DNA from: an uncultured archaeon
GTDB lineage: Archaea > Asgardarchaeota > Heimdallarchaeia > Heimdallarchaeales > Kariarchaeaceae
Assembly: GCA_964645535.1 (NCBI GenBank)
Contig: CAZYCQ010000012.1
Span: forward strand, 1-31,510
Length of the DNA: 31,510 nucleotides
Direction of reading: 5' to 3'
A program made the translations under genes and the position numbers. Positions 9,148 to 17,983 of the stretch are shown one piece after another. Every line of letters begins with the position of its first letter. Within the stretch, counting starts at the first letter, position 1. The notes beneath the pieces are model-generated. The model saw nothing but the letters and a program-made list of their open reading frames with translations, searched no databases and was not told where the DNA came from.

Positions 9148-9812
9148 TTTTCACTCCTCATAACTTTTTGCTGTTCTGGAACTCCAATTTCTTTGTTCCC
9201 TGTCAATTTGAAATAAATGATGACACCTATCGTGAAAATCGCAAAAAACTGGAACATGGGATTCCCAAAAAGCTCTCCGAGGATTCCACCATTGTCTGAT
9301 GTTTCTTCATTTGCTGCCAATACTATTGTTGTTTCTCCTCCCTTATACTCCTCTATAGCTTTTGCTATTTCTGAAGCAGTTGTGATCTTCCCCCACTTTT
9401 TGATAAGATTTCCAGTTTCATCAAACAAAAAAATTGAAGGTAATCCAGTAACTTCATACTGGTTTTGAAAATTCTTATCTATATCAATTCCAAATTCCCA
9501 AGTGGCCTCATTATCCGACTTCAATTTTTGCATCTTCTTTATGTCATCATTAATGGTATCAACACTTAGGCTAAGAATCATGATTTCCGGTGCACTTCTC
9601 TTTAACGTTTTCAAGTAGGTCAATTGAATTTCGCATCCTGTACACCAAGATGCGGTAGCGTCAACAATAAACAAATTCCCTTCAAATTTGTCAAAAGAAT
9701 AATATGAATTGTCTTCGCTCAAATATTTTCCTGACAAACCATATCCTGAAACATTGGCAATACTGCCAATTAGCAGCGTTAGAATTACCATGAACTCTAC
9801 CGATTTCCTCAT
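9144..9812 (-). CDS. Exported TlpA/ResA-like thioredoxin with C-terminal membrane anchor
   Basis: Signal peptide, ASWCTGC active site, GLPSIFLFD cis-Pro loop and C-terminal TM. TTTATA at 9843-9838 lies upstream. Confidence 0.88.
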   Translation of the reverse strand: MRKSVEFMVILTLLIGSIANVSGYGLSGKYLSEDNSYYSFDKFEGNLFIVDATASWCTGCEIQLTYLKTLKRSAPEIMILSLSVDTINDDIKKMQKLKSDNEATWEFGIDIDKNFQNQYEVTGLPSIFLFDETGNLIKKWGKITTASEIAKAIEEYKGGETTIVLAANEETSDNGGILGELFGNPMFQFFAIFTIGVIIYFKLTGNKEIGVPEQQKVMRSEK

Positions 9813-10191
9813 AATTCTTTTTTTATTTTGAGGTCACTATAAAGTCAAATTATTTGGAATTTTGAATAACCTGTACCTGCTTTTAAAAAAGATTTAATCG
9901 ATGCTTTTATTTTTTACCCAACCAATGCCTAGAACGCGTGAACTAAAACTGAAATTTCAACCCCCAAATTAAAAATTAATACCTAAATCTTTAAAATTTC
10001 ATGAATTTCCAATACTCTTTCTTTTTGATCAAAACAGGCAAAAAATGATATTTCTCTTATGTTAATGGATCATGTTGATTAAAAGAATTGAACAGAGAAT
10101 TCAAAAACAATTCAAAGATTTGTTATGGAAGGGGTAGAGGTAAAGACAAATTGCTGAAAACGATCTCTCATCACAAATAAAGAAAAATGAA

Positions 10192-10265
10192 TGGACGGAC
10201 CGAGATTTGAACTCGGGGCCTCTTCCACGCCAAGGAAGCGATCTACCGGACTGATCTACCCGCCC
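10192..10265 (-). tRNA. tRNA-Ala (GGC)
   Basis: Reverse complement GGGCGGGTAGATCAGTCCGGTAGATCGCTTCCTTGGCGTGGAAGAGGCCCCGAGTTCAAATCTCGGTCCGTCCA folds as a cloverleaf. Anticodon GGC, G3:U70 Ala identity pair, discriminator A, no encoded CCA, T-rich tract downstream. Confidence 0.97.
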
Positions 10266-10459
10266 AAGACCTTAGTCTCATTTTTCATTAGTGCCATGTT
10301 CTATTTATTCTTTATGAAACGAATCGTGCATCTTGAAATTAGATGGGGGTGATTCAAATTGAACACAATGATCTGTTAGAGGAATTGGGGAATTCTCCCG
10401 CACAAAAGACTAGCGTGTCCGAAAGTTGGAAAAAATTTTGGAAAATGAGATCATATGGA

Positions 10460-10474
10460 TTGACCATTGGTCAA
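10460..10474. promoter_or_regulatory. Inverted repeat TTGACCA-T-TGGTCAA (candidate operator)
   Basis: Perfect 7-bp arms in the divergent tRNA/protease intergenic region, flanked by further ATGGAT...ATCCAT pairing. Confidence 0.4.
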
Positions 10475-10637
10475 AAATCCATGAGGTAAGATCATGCGAA
10501 GTCTATTGAAGTATGGATTATGGATGACGATTTTCAGACTCCTACCTTCGATAATGGGTGGCATTGCACAAATTTGATTTCGAATCTTCATCAATTCACA
10601 ATATTTCTCGAAATATTTTTAAAAATAACAAAAATTT

Positions 10638-13223
10638 ATGTATATGGTTGGTTCAAAAAACTACCTACGAGTTGGAGTTGGGCTTTCAATGCTCCTACTT
10701 CTGATCTTTTCAGGAGCATTGAATTCCCAGAACTTGAAAGTTGAAAAGGTTACTGACGATCTCAAAACCTCAGTTCTGATGGATTCTGATCGGAACCGAA
10801 TTTTTGATGATTTGGATGCCATAATCCAAAAATCAGCAAATGATGAGTTGATACCTGTCAGGATCAAAACAAGAGATACCCGATTCAATGTCAAATTAAT
10901 GGATATTCTAGGAATCAGTCAAGTCAAATATGAATTCACGACCGTTCCCGGAATTGCTGTATCATTGACACCATTTCAGATCCGAATGCTTGAATCATTG
11001 GATTTTGTGGTGCAGGTTGAATATGATAGGCCTGTCAAAGTTTCTTTGCAATCCGCCAACTACTGGTTTGGAACTGAAATAGCTCGAACCGATTTTGGAA
11101 TTGATGGAAATACTGACGGGAGTGCAGGATATTCCAAGGACGACATTGTCGTTGCCGTTATCGATACTGGAATCGATGCTGGACATGTAGATCTTGATGA
11201 AGGTAAAGTAATTGGCTGGAAAGATTTTGTAAACGGCAAGACTGCTCCCTATGATGACCAAGGTCATGGAACACATGTTGCCAGTATTATTGCAGGAGAT
11301 GGGGATGGAAATCCCGCTTATAAAGGTGTGGCTCCTGGTGCAGCTCTTGTAGGAATCAAGGTTTTGGATTCCCAAGGGAGCGGATCATTGACGGATGTTG
11401 AGGCAGGTGTTCAATGGGCTATTGACAATAAGGACGTATATGGGATTGAAATCATATCAATGAGCTTAGGTTCCGCAGGATCGTCTGATGGAACAGATTC
11501 TCTGTCCCAGACTGTCAACAGTGCAACAACAGCTGGTATCACGATTGTTGTTGCAGCAGGAAACGAAGGTCCCGGAGATTATACCATTGGGAGCCCTGCT
11601 GCTGCTGACAAGGCAATAACTGTTGGTGCAGCAGCTGATGTGGGCGAAAATGGTTTCAATTTAGCTTCATTTTCAAGCAGGGGACCAACTGCGGATGGAC
11701 GGATAAAACCGGACATCGTAGCCCCCGGTTATCAAATAACTGCTGCTGACAGTGGTACGACCAATGGATATGTAACCTATTCAGGGACTAGTATGGCAAC
11801 CCCATTTGTCTCTGGTACCATCGCTCTCATGTTACAGGAAAATCCGTCCCTTACCCCACAACAGGTTAAAGACATTCTAAGGGATACTGCACGGGATTTC
11901 GGACCTACAGGAAAGGATATTGATTTTGGATGGGGATTGTTGGATGGATATGAGGCCATTGATGCCGCAGATGGTGTAGACAATGGCAATTCAATTTCCG
12001 TCCCTGGACACCAAGCCTTTGTTGACACTCTAACAGGTACTGGAGATTCCGACACTTGGTCTTTCGATGTAACCTCTACTTCCTATCCGATTTCCACTAC
12101 CCTGATCATGCTAGATTTCTCGACATCCGTTGATTTTGACCTGTATCTTTATGATCCAAGTGGGACTCAGGTTGGAAAGTCAGAAGGAACATCAAGACAG
12201 GAACTAATAACGTTTACACCCAGTTCAACAGGCACATATCAAGTACGGGCATACTCATACAAAGGTAGCGGTTCTTATGTCATAGATGTGAGTGCAGGGT
12301 TGGGTTCCGCAACTCCTGTAGATAATCCCCCAACAGCAAGTATTGTAAGTCCAGCAGATGGTGATACGGTTAGTGGAACCACCCGCATTTTAGTTGGTGC
12401 AACAGATGATAATCAAGTTTCAAAAGTTGAGATATCTATTGGCGGAGGATCTTGGATTGATATCACTGCCTCAGTGGATACCAATGGATACTACTATTAT
12501 GATTGGGATACCACTACCTCTGCTGATGGATCCGTCACGATTGATGCAAGGGCGACTGACAATGCAGGTCAACAAGGGTCTGCAACAACGATTACGGTAA
12601 CAGTTTCCAATTCCGTGTCATCTGGTTCACACACAATAACTCAAACGGGAACAGTGACCTCCTCTTCGCCCGATTCATTCCAATACGTTGACGTCAACTC
12701 CATTGGCTATATTGATATTACTCTCTCATGGTCCACATCTGCGGATTTAGACTTCTACGTCTATGATCCAAGTGGTAATTACATCGGCCGTGCCTACACA
12801 ACCAACAATCCTGAAACACTTCGAATCTGGACCGAGAATTATGGAGTTGGGACTTACACCATCAAAGTTAATCTTTATTCAGGACCTGACACAAGCTTCA
12901 GTCTTGTTATTGAAGGATACGAACGTCAAGACAAGACAGGAACTGTTTCCTCTTCCAATACTCAAGACCTGCATTATTTCACCATGTCATATACAGGTAG
13001 CAGTTACGCTCGTCTGTCTTGGTCAACCTCTGCAGATCTTGATTTTTATGTGTATGATGAACTCGGAAATTATGTAGATCGAGCCTATACTACAAGCAAT
13101 CCCGAAACACTGTCCTTTACTGTCGACAATACGGGTGATTGGAGCATATTGGTAGACCTTTATAGTGGAGGCACTACCGACTATACTCTTTCTGTCTTTG
13201 TCCCGGCAGCCAATCTTTCATAA
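10638..13223 (+). CDS. Secreted S8 (subtilisin-like) serine protease with PPC-like and Ig-like C-terminal domains
   Basis: Catalytic motifs VIDTG, HGTHVA and GTSMATP; oxyanion motif AAGNEG; signal peptide and prodomain. Three DLDxYxYD-type PPC-like repeats and one Ig-like domain. True start may be ATG 10644. Confidence 0.95.
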   Translation: MYMVGSKNYLRVGVGLSMLLLLIFSGALNSQNLKVEKVTDDLKTSVLMDSDRNRIFDDLDAIIQKSANDELIPVRIKTRDTRFNVKLMDILGISQVKYEFTTVPGIAVSLTPFQIRMLESLDFVVQVEYDRPVKVSLQSANYWFGTEIARTDFGIDGNTDGSAGYSKDDIVVAVIDTGIDAGHVDLDEGKVIGWKDFVNGKTAPYDDQGHGTHVASIIAGDGDGNPAYKGVAPGAALVGIKVLDSQGSGSLTDVEAGVQWAIDNKDVYGIEIISMSLGSAGSSDGTDSLSQTVNSATTAGITIVVAAGNEGPGDYTIGSPAAADKAITVGAAADVGENGFNLASFSSRGPTADGRIKPDIVAPGYQITAADSGTTNGYVTYSGTSMATPFVSGTIALMLQENPSLTPQQVKDILRDTARDFGPTGKDIDFGWGLLDGYEAIDAADGVDNGNSISVPGHQAFVDTLTGTGDSDTWSFDVTSTSYPISTTLIMLDFSTSVDFDLYLYDPSGTQVGKSEGTSRQELITFTPSSTGTYQVRAYSYKGSGSYVIDVSAGLGSATPVDNPPTASIVSPADGDTVSGTTRILVGATDDNQVSKVEISIGGGSWIDITASVDTNGYYYYDWDTTTSADGSVTIDARATDNAGQQGSATTITVTVSNSVSSGSHTITQTGTVTSSSPDSFQYVDVNSIGYIDITLSWSTSADLDFYVYDPSGNYIGRAYTTNNPETLRIWTENYGVGTYTIKVNLYSGPDTSFSLVIEGYERQDKTGTVSSSNTQDLHYFTMSYTGSSYARLSWSTSADLDFYVYDELGNYVDRAYTTSNPETLSFTVDNTGDWSILVDLYSGGTTDYTLSVFVPAANLS
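12723..13112 (+). repeat. Internal duplication of a PPC-like domain (291-nt period)
   Basis: LSWSTSADLDFYVYDPSGNYIGRAYTTNNPETL (from 12723) versus LSWSTSADLDFYVYDELGNYVDRAYTTSNPETL (from 13014). Confidence 0.85.
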
Positions 13224-13239
13224 AACAAACGAAGTACTG

Positions 13240-13255
13240 TTCATTCCGGAATGAA
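13240..13255. promoter_or_regulatory. Perfect 16-bp palindrome TTCATTCCGGAATGAA upstream of the heme operon
   Basis: Self-complementary. Lies between the protease stop and the AT-rich TATA region (13294-13306) of hemH. Confidence 0.45.
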
Positions 13256-13323
13256 GTGAATTCAAGGTTATACGGAATCCCCTGTACATTTACTTAAAAA
13301 TATAAAGTATTTTCTGGAAAGTG

Positions 13324-14322
13324 ATGGGTATAGAAGAAACGGGAAAAACAGTTATCATCCTGTTGAACATGGGTGGACCGTCCAATTTGGATGAGGTTCA
13401 GCCTTTTCTGTTTAACCTCTTTTCGGACAAGGATTTGATTGATCTCCCACTGTTTATGAAACCATTTCAAAAACCCCTTGCTAAATTGATCGCTCTATTC
13501 CGGTCAAAAGGAACAAAGGAAATGTATCGTCAAATAGGTGGAGGGAGTCCTATTCTTTCTTTGACCAAAAACTTCGCTGCCAACGTAGAGATGGGTCTGA
13601 GAGAAAGGGGCGTAAACGCAGAAGTGAAGGTTGTAATGAGATATACCCACCCAAGAGCAAAGGAAATCGTAAAGACCTTGCAAAGGGGGGATTCTGTGGT
13701 TCTTTTTCCCCAATATCCCCATTTTGCGAACTCAACCACTGGTTCGAGTATCAAAGATTTTTTGCAATCATATTTTGAGCGTTTTCCAAAAGGTAAAGAT
13801 CCAATTGTTATCGGTGATTGGGGTACTGAACCGTTTTATATCAACTGGTGGATATCTGGAATAAGAGAGGAAGTTTCTAGACTCCATGAAATTGGGGTGA
13901 AAAATGATATCCATGTAATTTTCTCCTCACATGGTCTTCCCATGCGATATTTCAAAAAAGGGGAAACATACAAAGACAGTATTGACAAGTCTCGTCTCAA
14001 GATTATTGAAGGTCTAAAAGATCTTGATGTGACTTTCCATCAGGCATATCAGAGCCGGGCTGGACCATTTCCTTGGTTACAGCCATATACTGATGAACTG
14101 ATCGAAGAGTTGGCGGGAAGCAAGGCTGTAGTGATGGTTCCGCTTGGATTTGTTACAGACCATGTAGAGACCTCTTATGAAATAGACATTTTATATGGTA
14201 ATTTAGCCAAGCAACAGAATATTGACCATTTCAGAAGAATTCCTGTTCCAAACGATAATCCATCATATTCCGAAGAGGCGGCGAATTTTCTTGCTCACCT
14301 TATTCAAGGAGGGGATACCTAA
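13324..14322 (+). CDS. hemH: Ferrochelatase (protoporphyrin type, PpfC-like)
   Basis: LLNMGGP, YRQIGGGSP, FSSHGLP, YQSRAGPFPWLQPYT and DHVETSYEID motifs. No Cys, so no 2Fe-2S cluster. Start is GTG 13321 or ATG 13324. Confidence 0.96.
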   Translation: MGIEETGKTVIILLNMGGPSNLDEVQPFLFNLFSDKDLIDLPLFMKPFQKPLAKLIALFRSKGTKEMYRQIGGGSPILSLTKNFAANVEMGLRERGVNAEVKVVMRYTHPRAKEIVKTLQRGDSVVLFPQYPHFANSTTGSSIKDFLQSYFERFPKGKDPIVIGDWGTEPFYINWWISGIREEVSRLHEIGVKNDIHVIFSSHGLPMRYFKKGETYKDSIDKSRLKIIEGLKDLDVTFHQAYQSRAGPFPWLQPYTDELIEELAGSKAVVMVPLGFVTDHVETSYEIDILYGNLAKQQNIDHFRRIPVPNDNPSYSEEAANFLAHLIQGGDT

Positions 14323-15407
14323 TTAATCTTAAAATTTTCACGTGGAGAATTGGAAAAACCCCTCAATATGAGGTGGAAAGAGCCATCTCATCTATAAAAT
14401 GCTACAATTTGGAAAAATTGAAACAGCAATGCCAATCAATCTTTTGGCTTGAAACCTGTCAACGACTCATTATTGCGATCACTGGTAATACTGATCAAAT
14501 TGAGGAACTTATCCTCACATCAAAACTTTTCCCTCCGGAAAGATTTTCTGGAGTTGAAGGGGTTCATCATCTCCTAGAAGTTGTTTCGTCTTTTGATTCC
14601 ATTGTTGTCGGTGAAGATCAAATCTTGCATCAATTTAAAGTAGCCTACAAGGAATCCGAACAGTTTATGGATCGTATTCTGAAAAGGCTAATTCAAGGTG
14701 TAATTCGTGCAGGTAAACGAATAAGGTCTCAAACGATTTTCGGAAAATCAAGGAAGTCAACAATTTCTGTTGTGATAGACCATTTCAAGGAAGAGCTTAG
14801 CCATGCCCAAAGAGTTTCAATCATTGGAAGCGGTCAAATGGCAAAAATCATCATTGACAGTCTTAAAGAATTTCCGTTCGCAATTTCAGTTTTCAGTAGA
14901 ACCGAATCACGAATCAATATGAAAGTTGGTGGATTGAAGGTCAATCCGTTCTCTAATCTTATTCCTTCAGATATTATTTTTGTAGCATCTAAACCGGGAA
15001 GTCCAAAGCTGAAATTGAAAGATTTTGAAAACTTGGATCCTGACTGTTGCATTTTCGATTTTGGAATGCCTCGACAGACAAGTTCTGATCTTGAAAGCCA
15101 TTTTGTCAAATTATTTACACTTGAAGATCTTCTTCAACTTTCAAGAAAGAACAAAGAAGATACAGGCTTGGGGGATATCCGTACAATTTTGGACAAAGAG
15201 GCCAACAAAATCATGAGAGAGATAAGACGACTTGAAACTGCTCATATATGGGATGAATTACGGCGTAGTCTAAGATCGTTGGCGATCCGTGAAAAGGATT
15301 TGTTCTTAAATGACAGTCCTGAAGCGGAGCTGAAATTCCAAAAATTCGTCAATAAGATAATACACGTCACTCAAAAAAAAGTTGAGGAGGTATTCATTGA
15401 TCAATGA
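14322..15407 (+). CDS. hemA: Glutamyl-tRNA reductase (short form)
   Basis: Catalytic ETCQR, DSIVVGEDQILHQFKVAY, Rossmann IIGSGQMA and DFGMPR motifs. First canonical start is GTG 14373, but the frame is open upstream to an SD-preceded ATT at 14322. Confidence 0.9.
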   Translation: MNLKIFTWRIGKTPQYEVERAISSIKCYNLEKLKQQCQSIFWLETCQRLIIAITGNTDQIEELILTSKLFPPERFSGVEGVHHLLEVVSSFDSIVVGEDQILHQFKVAYKESEQFMDRILKRLIQGVIRAGKRIRSQTIFGKSRKSTISVVIDHFKEELSHAQRVSIIGSGQMAKIIIDSLKEFPFAISVFSRTESRINMKVGGLKVNPFSNLIPSDIIFVASKPGSPKLKLKDFENLDPDCCIFDFGMPRQTSSDLESHFVKLFTLEDLLQLSRKNKEDTGLGDIRTILDKEANKIMREIRRLETAHIWDELRRSLRSLAIREKDLFLNDSPEAELKFQKFVNKIIHVTQKKVEEVFIDQ

Positions 15408-16966
15408 TTCGTATTGGAACAAGAAAGAGCAGATTGGCTCTTGCCCAAGCCAACTTGGTCAGAGAAAGAGTTGAGGAGCTCGGTTTTGAGACACAATTGA
15501 TTACCTCCACATCAAAAGGTGATCTGGATCTTATTTCTCCACTTACTTCGTTACGAGGAACTGGGATATTTACAGGAAATTTGGAAAAGATGCTTCTTCA
15601 AAATCAAATTGACATTGCAGTCCACAGTCTCAAAGATATGGCATTGGAAAATCCCAATGGATTGGAAATCCGTGCAGTTCTTCCACGGGAAAGTCCTGAG
15701 GATGTTCTTCTCATCAAAGAAGACAAAGTCATATCAAAGTTTCCTTTACTGTTGCAACCACATTCAAGAATTGGAACTGGTTCTTTGAGGAGACAAGCAC
15801 AAATAAAAGAGTTCGATAAAAGTACAATTCTTTTAGATATCAGAGGAAATATTGACAGAAGAATTGAACTGCTTAAAGAGGGGTATCTAGATGGGATCAT
15901 TCTTGCAGCAGCCGTTCTGGAAAGAATGGATATTCACATTCCAAATGGGTTCACTGCAATAAGGTTGCCACTTTTTCAATTTCCCACAGCCCCCGGTCAA
16001 GGAACGATTGCTGTTCAAGTGAGAAAAGGGGAATTGCAGGAATTGCAGGCAATTAACCATGTAACAACATGGCAGGCCATCACAATAGAAAGGGAGCTTT
16101 TCGGGTCATTTCCAGGAGGGTGTAACAATGGTGTAGGGATCACTGTTAAACCCACTTGTGATGGCCTTATCCTCTTCTCATTTTACGTGCAAAATGGAAT
16201 TCACCGAAGCATAATGGCTGCAAAATCTGAAAGTGAGTTAAAGGAAAAATTCTATTCCTGGATCATCAACAAACCAATCAATAGAATACAGACAAGAAGA
16301 ACTGCCATTGTATTCACGGATGAAGCTACTGGAAAACGGTATGTCCAGAAACTCGAACAACATGGGATAGAGGCAATTTCTCTTCCCCTCATGGCTTGGT
16401 CAATCAATTACCCTCTTCTTATGGACTCCCATCTTCAATCTGCATGGAAGGATGCAGATTGGATAATTGTAACGAGTAAGCATGCTGTCCCCTTTCTTTC
16501 GAAATTAAAGACAGTCTATTCAAGAACTGGTTTCAGAACTGCCATTGTTGGTTCTGCCACCGCTGATGAAATGAGGGAATATGGTCTTCCTGTACACTTC
16601 GTCTCAACATCAGGAGTTCAGGAAATAAAGAAATTTTTGAAAAGTCAAAAGGGAAAAATACTCTATCTCTCTGGAAAGCATGTTTCAGATCCCTTGGATG
16701 AATTTAGTAACCGGTTGACCAGAATTCAGATTTATCAAACTCATCTGCTTGATGTTTCATTGCCATTCAAACCCGATTATGCTGTGGTGTTTTCCCCAAG
16801 ATCTGCAATTCATCTTCTGAACCATTTGGGCAAGGATTCTGCACAAAATTGGATTGCAATTGGCAACAAAACGGCAAGTGCCCTCTCGCAAATGGGGGTG
16901 AAACCGTTGGTTGCAAGGGAACCCACCCCTGAGGGAGTGATTGAGACAATAATTAAGGAGGCATAG
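15404..16966 (+). CDS. hemC: Fused porphobilinogen deaminase / uroporphyrinogen-III synthase (HemC-HemD)
   Basis: IRIGTRKSRLALAQA, AVHSLKD, IGTGSLRR, IRGNIDRR and cofactor Cys in GGCNN. C-terminal HemD motifs WIIVTSKHAV, VGSATA, VFSPRSA, IAIGNKTA and PTPEGV. Confidence 0.93.
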   Translation: MIRIGTRKSRLALAQANLVRERVEELGFETQLITSTSKGDLDLISPLTSLRGTGIFTGNLEKMLLQNQIDIAVHSLKDMALENPNGLEIRAVLPRESPEDVLLIKEDKVISKFPLLLQPHSRIGTGSLRRQAQIKEFDKSTILLDIRGNIDRRIELLKEGYLDGIILAAAVLERMDIHIPNGFTAIRLPLFQFPTAPGQGTIAVQVRKGELQELQAINHVTTWQAITIERELFGSFPGGCNNGVGITVKPTCDGLILFSFYVQNGIHRSIMAAKSESELKEKFYSWIINKPINRIQTRRTAIVFTDEATGKRYVQKLEQHGIEAISLPLMAWSINYPLLMDSHLQSAWKDADWIIVTSKHAVPFLSKLKTVYSRTGFRTAIVGSATADEMREYGLPVHFVSTSGVQEIKKFLKSQKGKILYLSGKHVSDPLDEFSNRLTRIQIYQTHLLDVSLPFKPDYAVVFSPRSAIHLLNHLGKDSAQNWIAIGNKTASALSQMGVKPLVAREPTPEGVIETIIKEA

Positions 16967-16969
16967 CAA

Positions 16970-17983
16970 ATGCAACCGAAACCAATGAGTGAACCAATTT
17001 TTACAACCCCCATCAAACGTTTTCATCGTTATCGAAAAACCGAAGTGATCAGAGATAGTCTCGCCGAAGTAAAGATTCTCGAAGAGGATCTCATTCTGCC
17101 CATGTTCATTCGCCATGGATCAAATGAAATCAAAGAGATCCCTCAAATGCCTGGCTTCTACCAAATCACTACTGATCAAGTAATTGACTATCTTGCTGAT
17201 TTAGTAGAATTGGGTCTAAGACAAGTCATTCTTTTTGGAATCCCCTCCATCAAAGATGAACTTGGAAGTGGTGCCTTGGATCCAAGAGGGCCTGTCCCTC
17301 AAACCATCAGTCTGCTGAAGGATCAGTTTGGATCAAGGTTGGAGATTTATGCAGATGTCTGCCTTTGTGAATATACTTCACATGGACACTGTGGTATAAT
17401 TGATCCCAATGGTTTGATCAATAACGATTCTTCATTGCCTCTCCATGCCGAGGCGGCAGTTACTTACGCAGAATCGGGTGCAGATTGGGTTGCCCCTAGC
17501 AGTATGCTTGACGGAAGGGTAAACGCCATCAGAAGAGCCTTGGATGACAGAGGGTTCCGAAATGTTGGGATTCTCAGCTATTCTGCTAAATTTGCCAGTA
17601 ATTATTATGGTCCATTCAGGCAGGCCGCAGAGAGTAGTCCTTCGTTTGGCGATAGAAAAACCTACCAAATTGACTTCAGATCTCGGCGTCAACCGCTCAT
17701 GGAATTAATGGAAGATGAACGGCAGGGTGCTGATGCATTAATGGTGAAACCGGCACTGGCTTATTTAGATATCATTGCCCATGCTCGTCAAATAACCAAC
17801 TTACCTATTTATGCCTATAATGTGAGTGGGGAATACGCCTTTGTCAAATTTGGGGCAAAACAGGGAATATTCAATGAACCGGATGTCGTTATGGAAAATC
17901 TTACTGCTATCAAACGTGCAGGTGCTGATCTGATCCTGACTTACCATGCAGAAGATATTCTCAAAAAGGGGTGGCTTAAATGA
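16970..17983 (+). CDS. hemB: Porphobilinogen synthase (ALA dehydratase, Zn type)
   Basis: DVCLCEYTSHGHCG, SYSAKFAS, YGPFR, MVKPALAYLD and AYNVSGEY motifs. GGAGG 8 nt upstream. Confidence 0.97.
   Translation: MQPKPMSEPIFTTPIKRFHRYRKTEVIRDSLAEVKILEEDLILPMFIRHGSNEIKEIPQMPGFYQITTDQVIDYLADLVELGLRQVILFGIPSIKDELGSGALDPRGPVPQTISLLKDQFGSRLEIYADVCLCEYTSHGHCGIIDPNGLINNDSSLPLHAEAAVTYAESGADWVAPSSMLDGRVNAIRRALDDRGFRNVGILSYSAKFASNYYGPFRQAAESSPSFGDRKTYQIDFRSRRQPLMELMEDERQGADALMVKPALAYLDIIAHARQITNLPIYAYNVSGEYAFVKFGAKQGIFNEPDVVMENLTAIKRAGADLILTYHAEDILKKGWLK

Noticed and set aside
10072-10180. Short HTH-like remnant (MLIKRIEQRIQKQFKDLLWKG*R*RQIAEND)
   Set aside because: Too short and interrupted by two stops. 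The resemblance could be chance.
8372-10191. Integrated element at the tRNA-Ala 3' end
   Set aside because: The region is AT-rich, but I found no duplicated tRNA 3' end (att site) and no integrase.
10520-10744. 74-aa ORF overlapping the protease start
   Set aside because: Runs through the promoter and into the protease gene in another frame.
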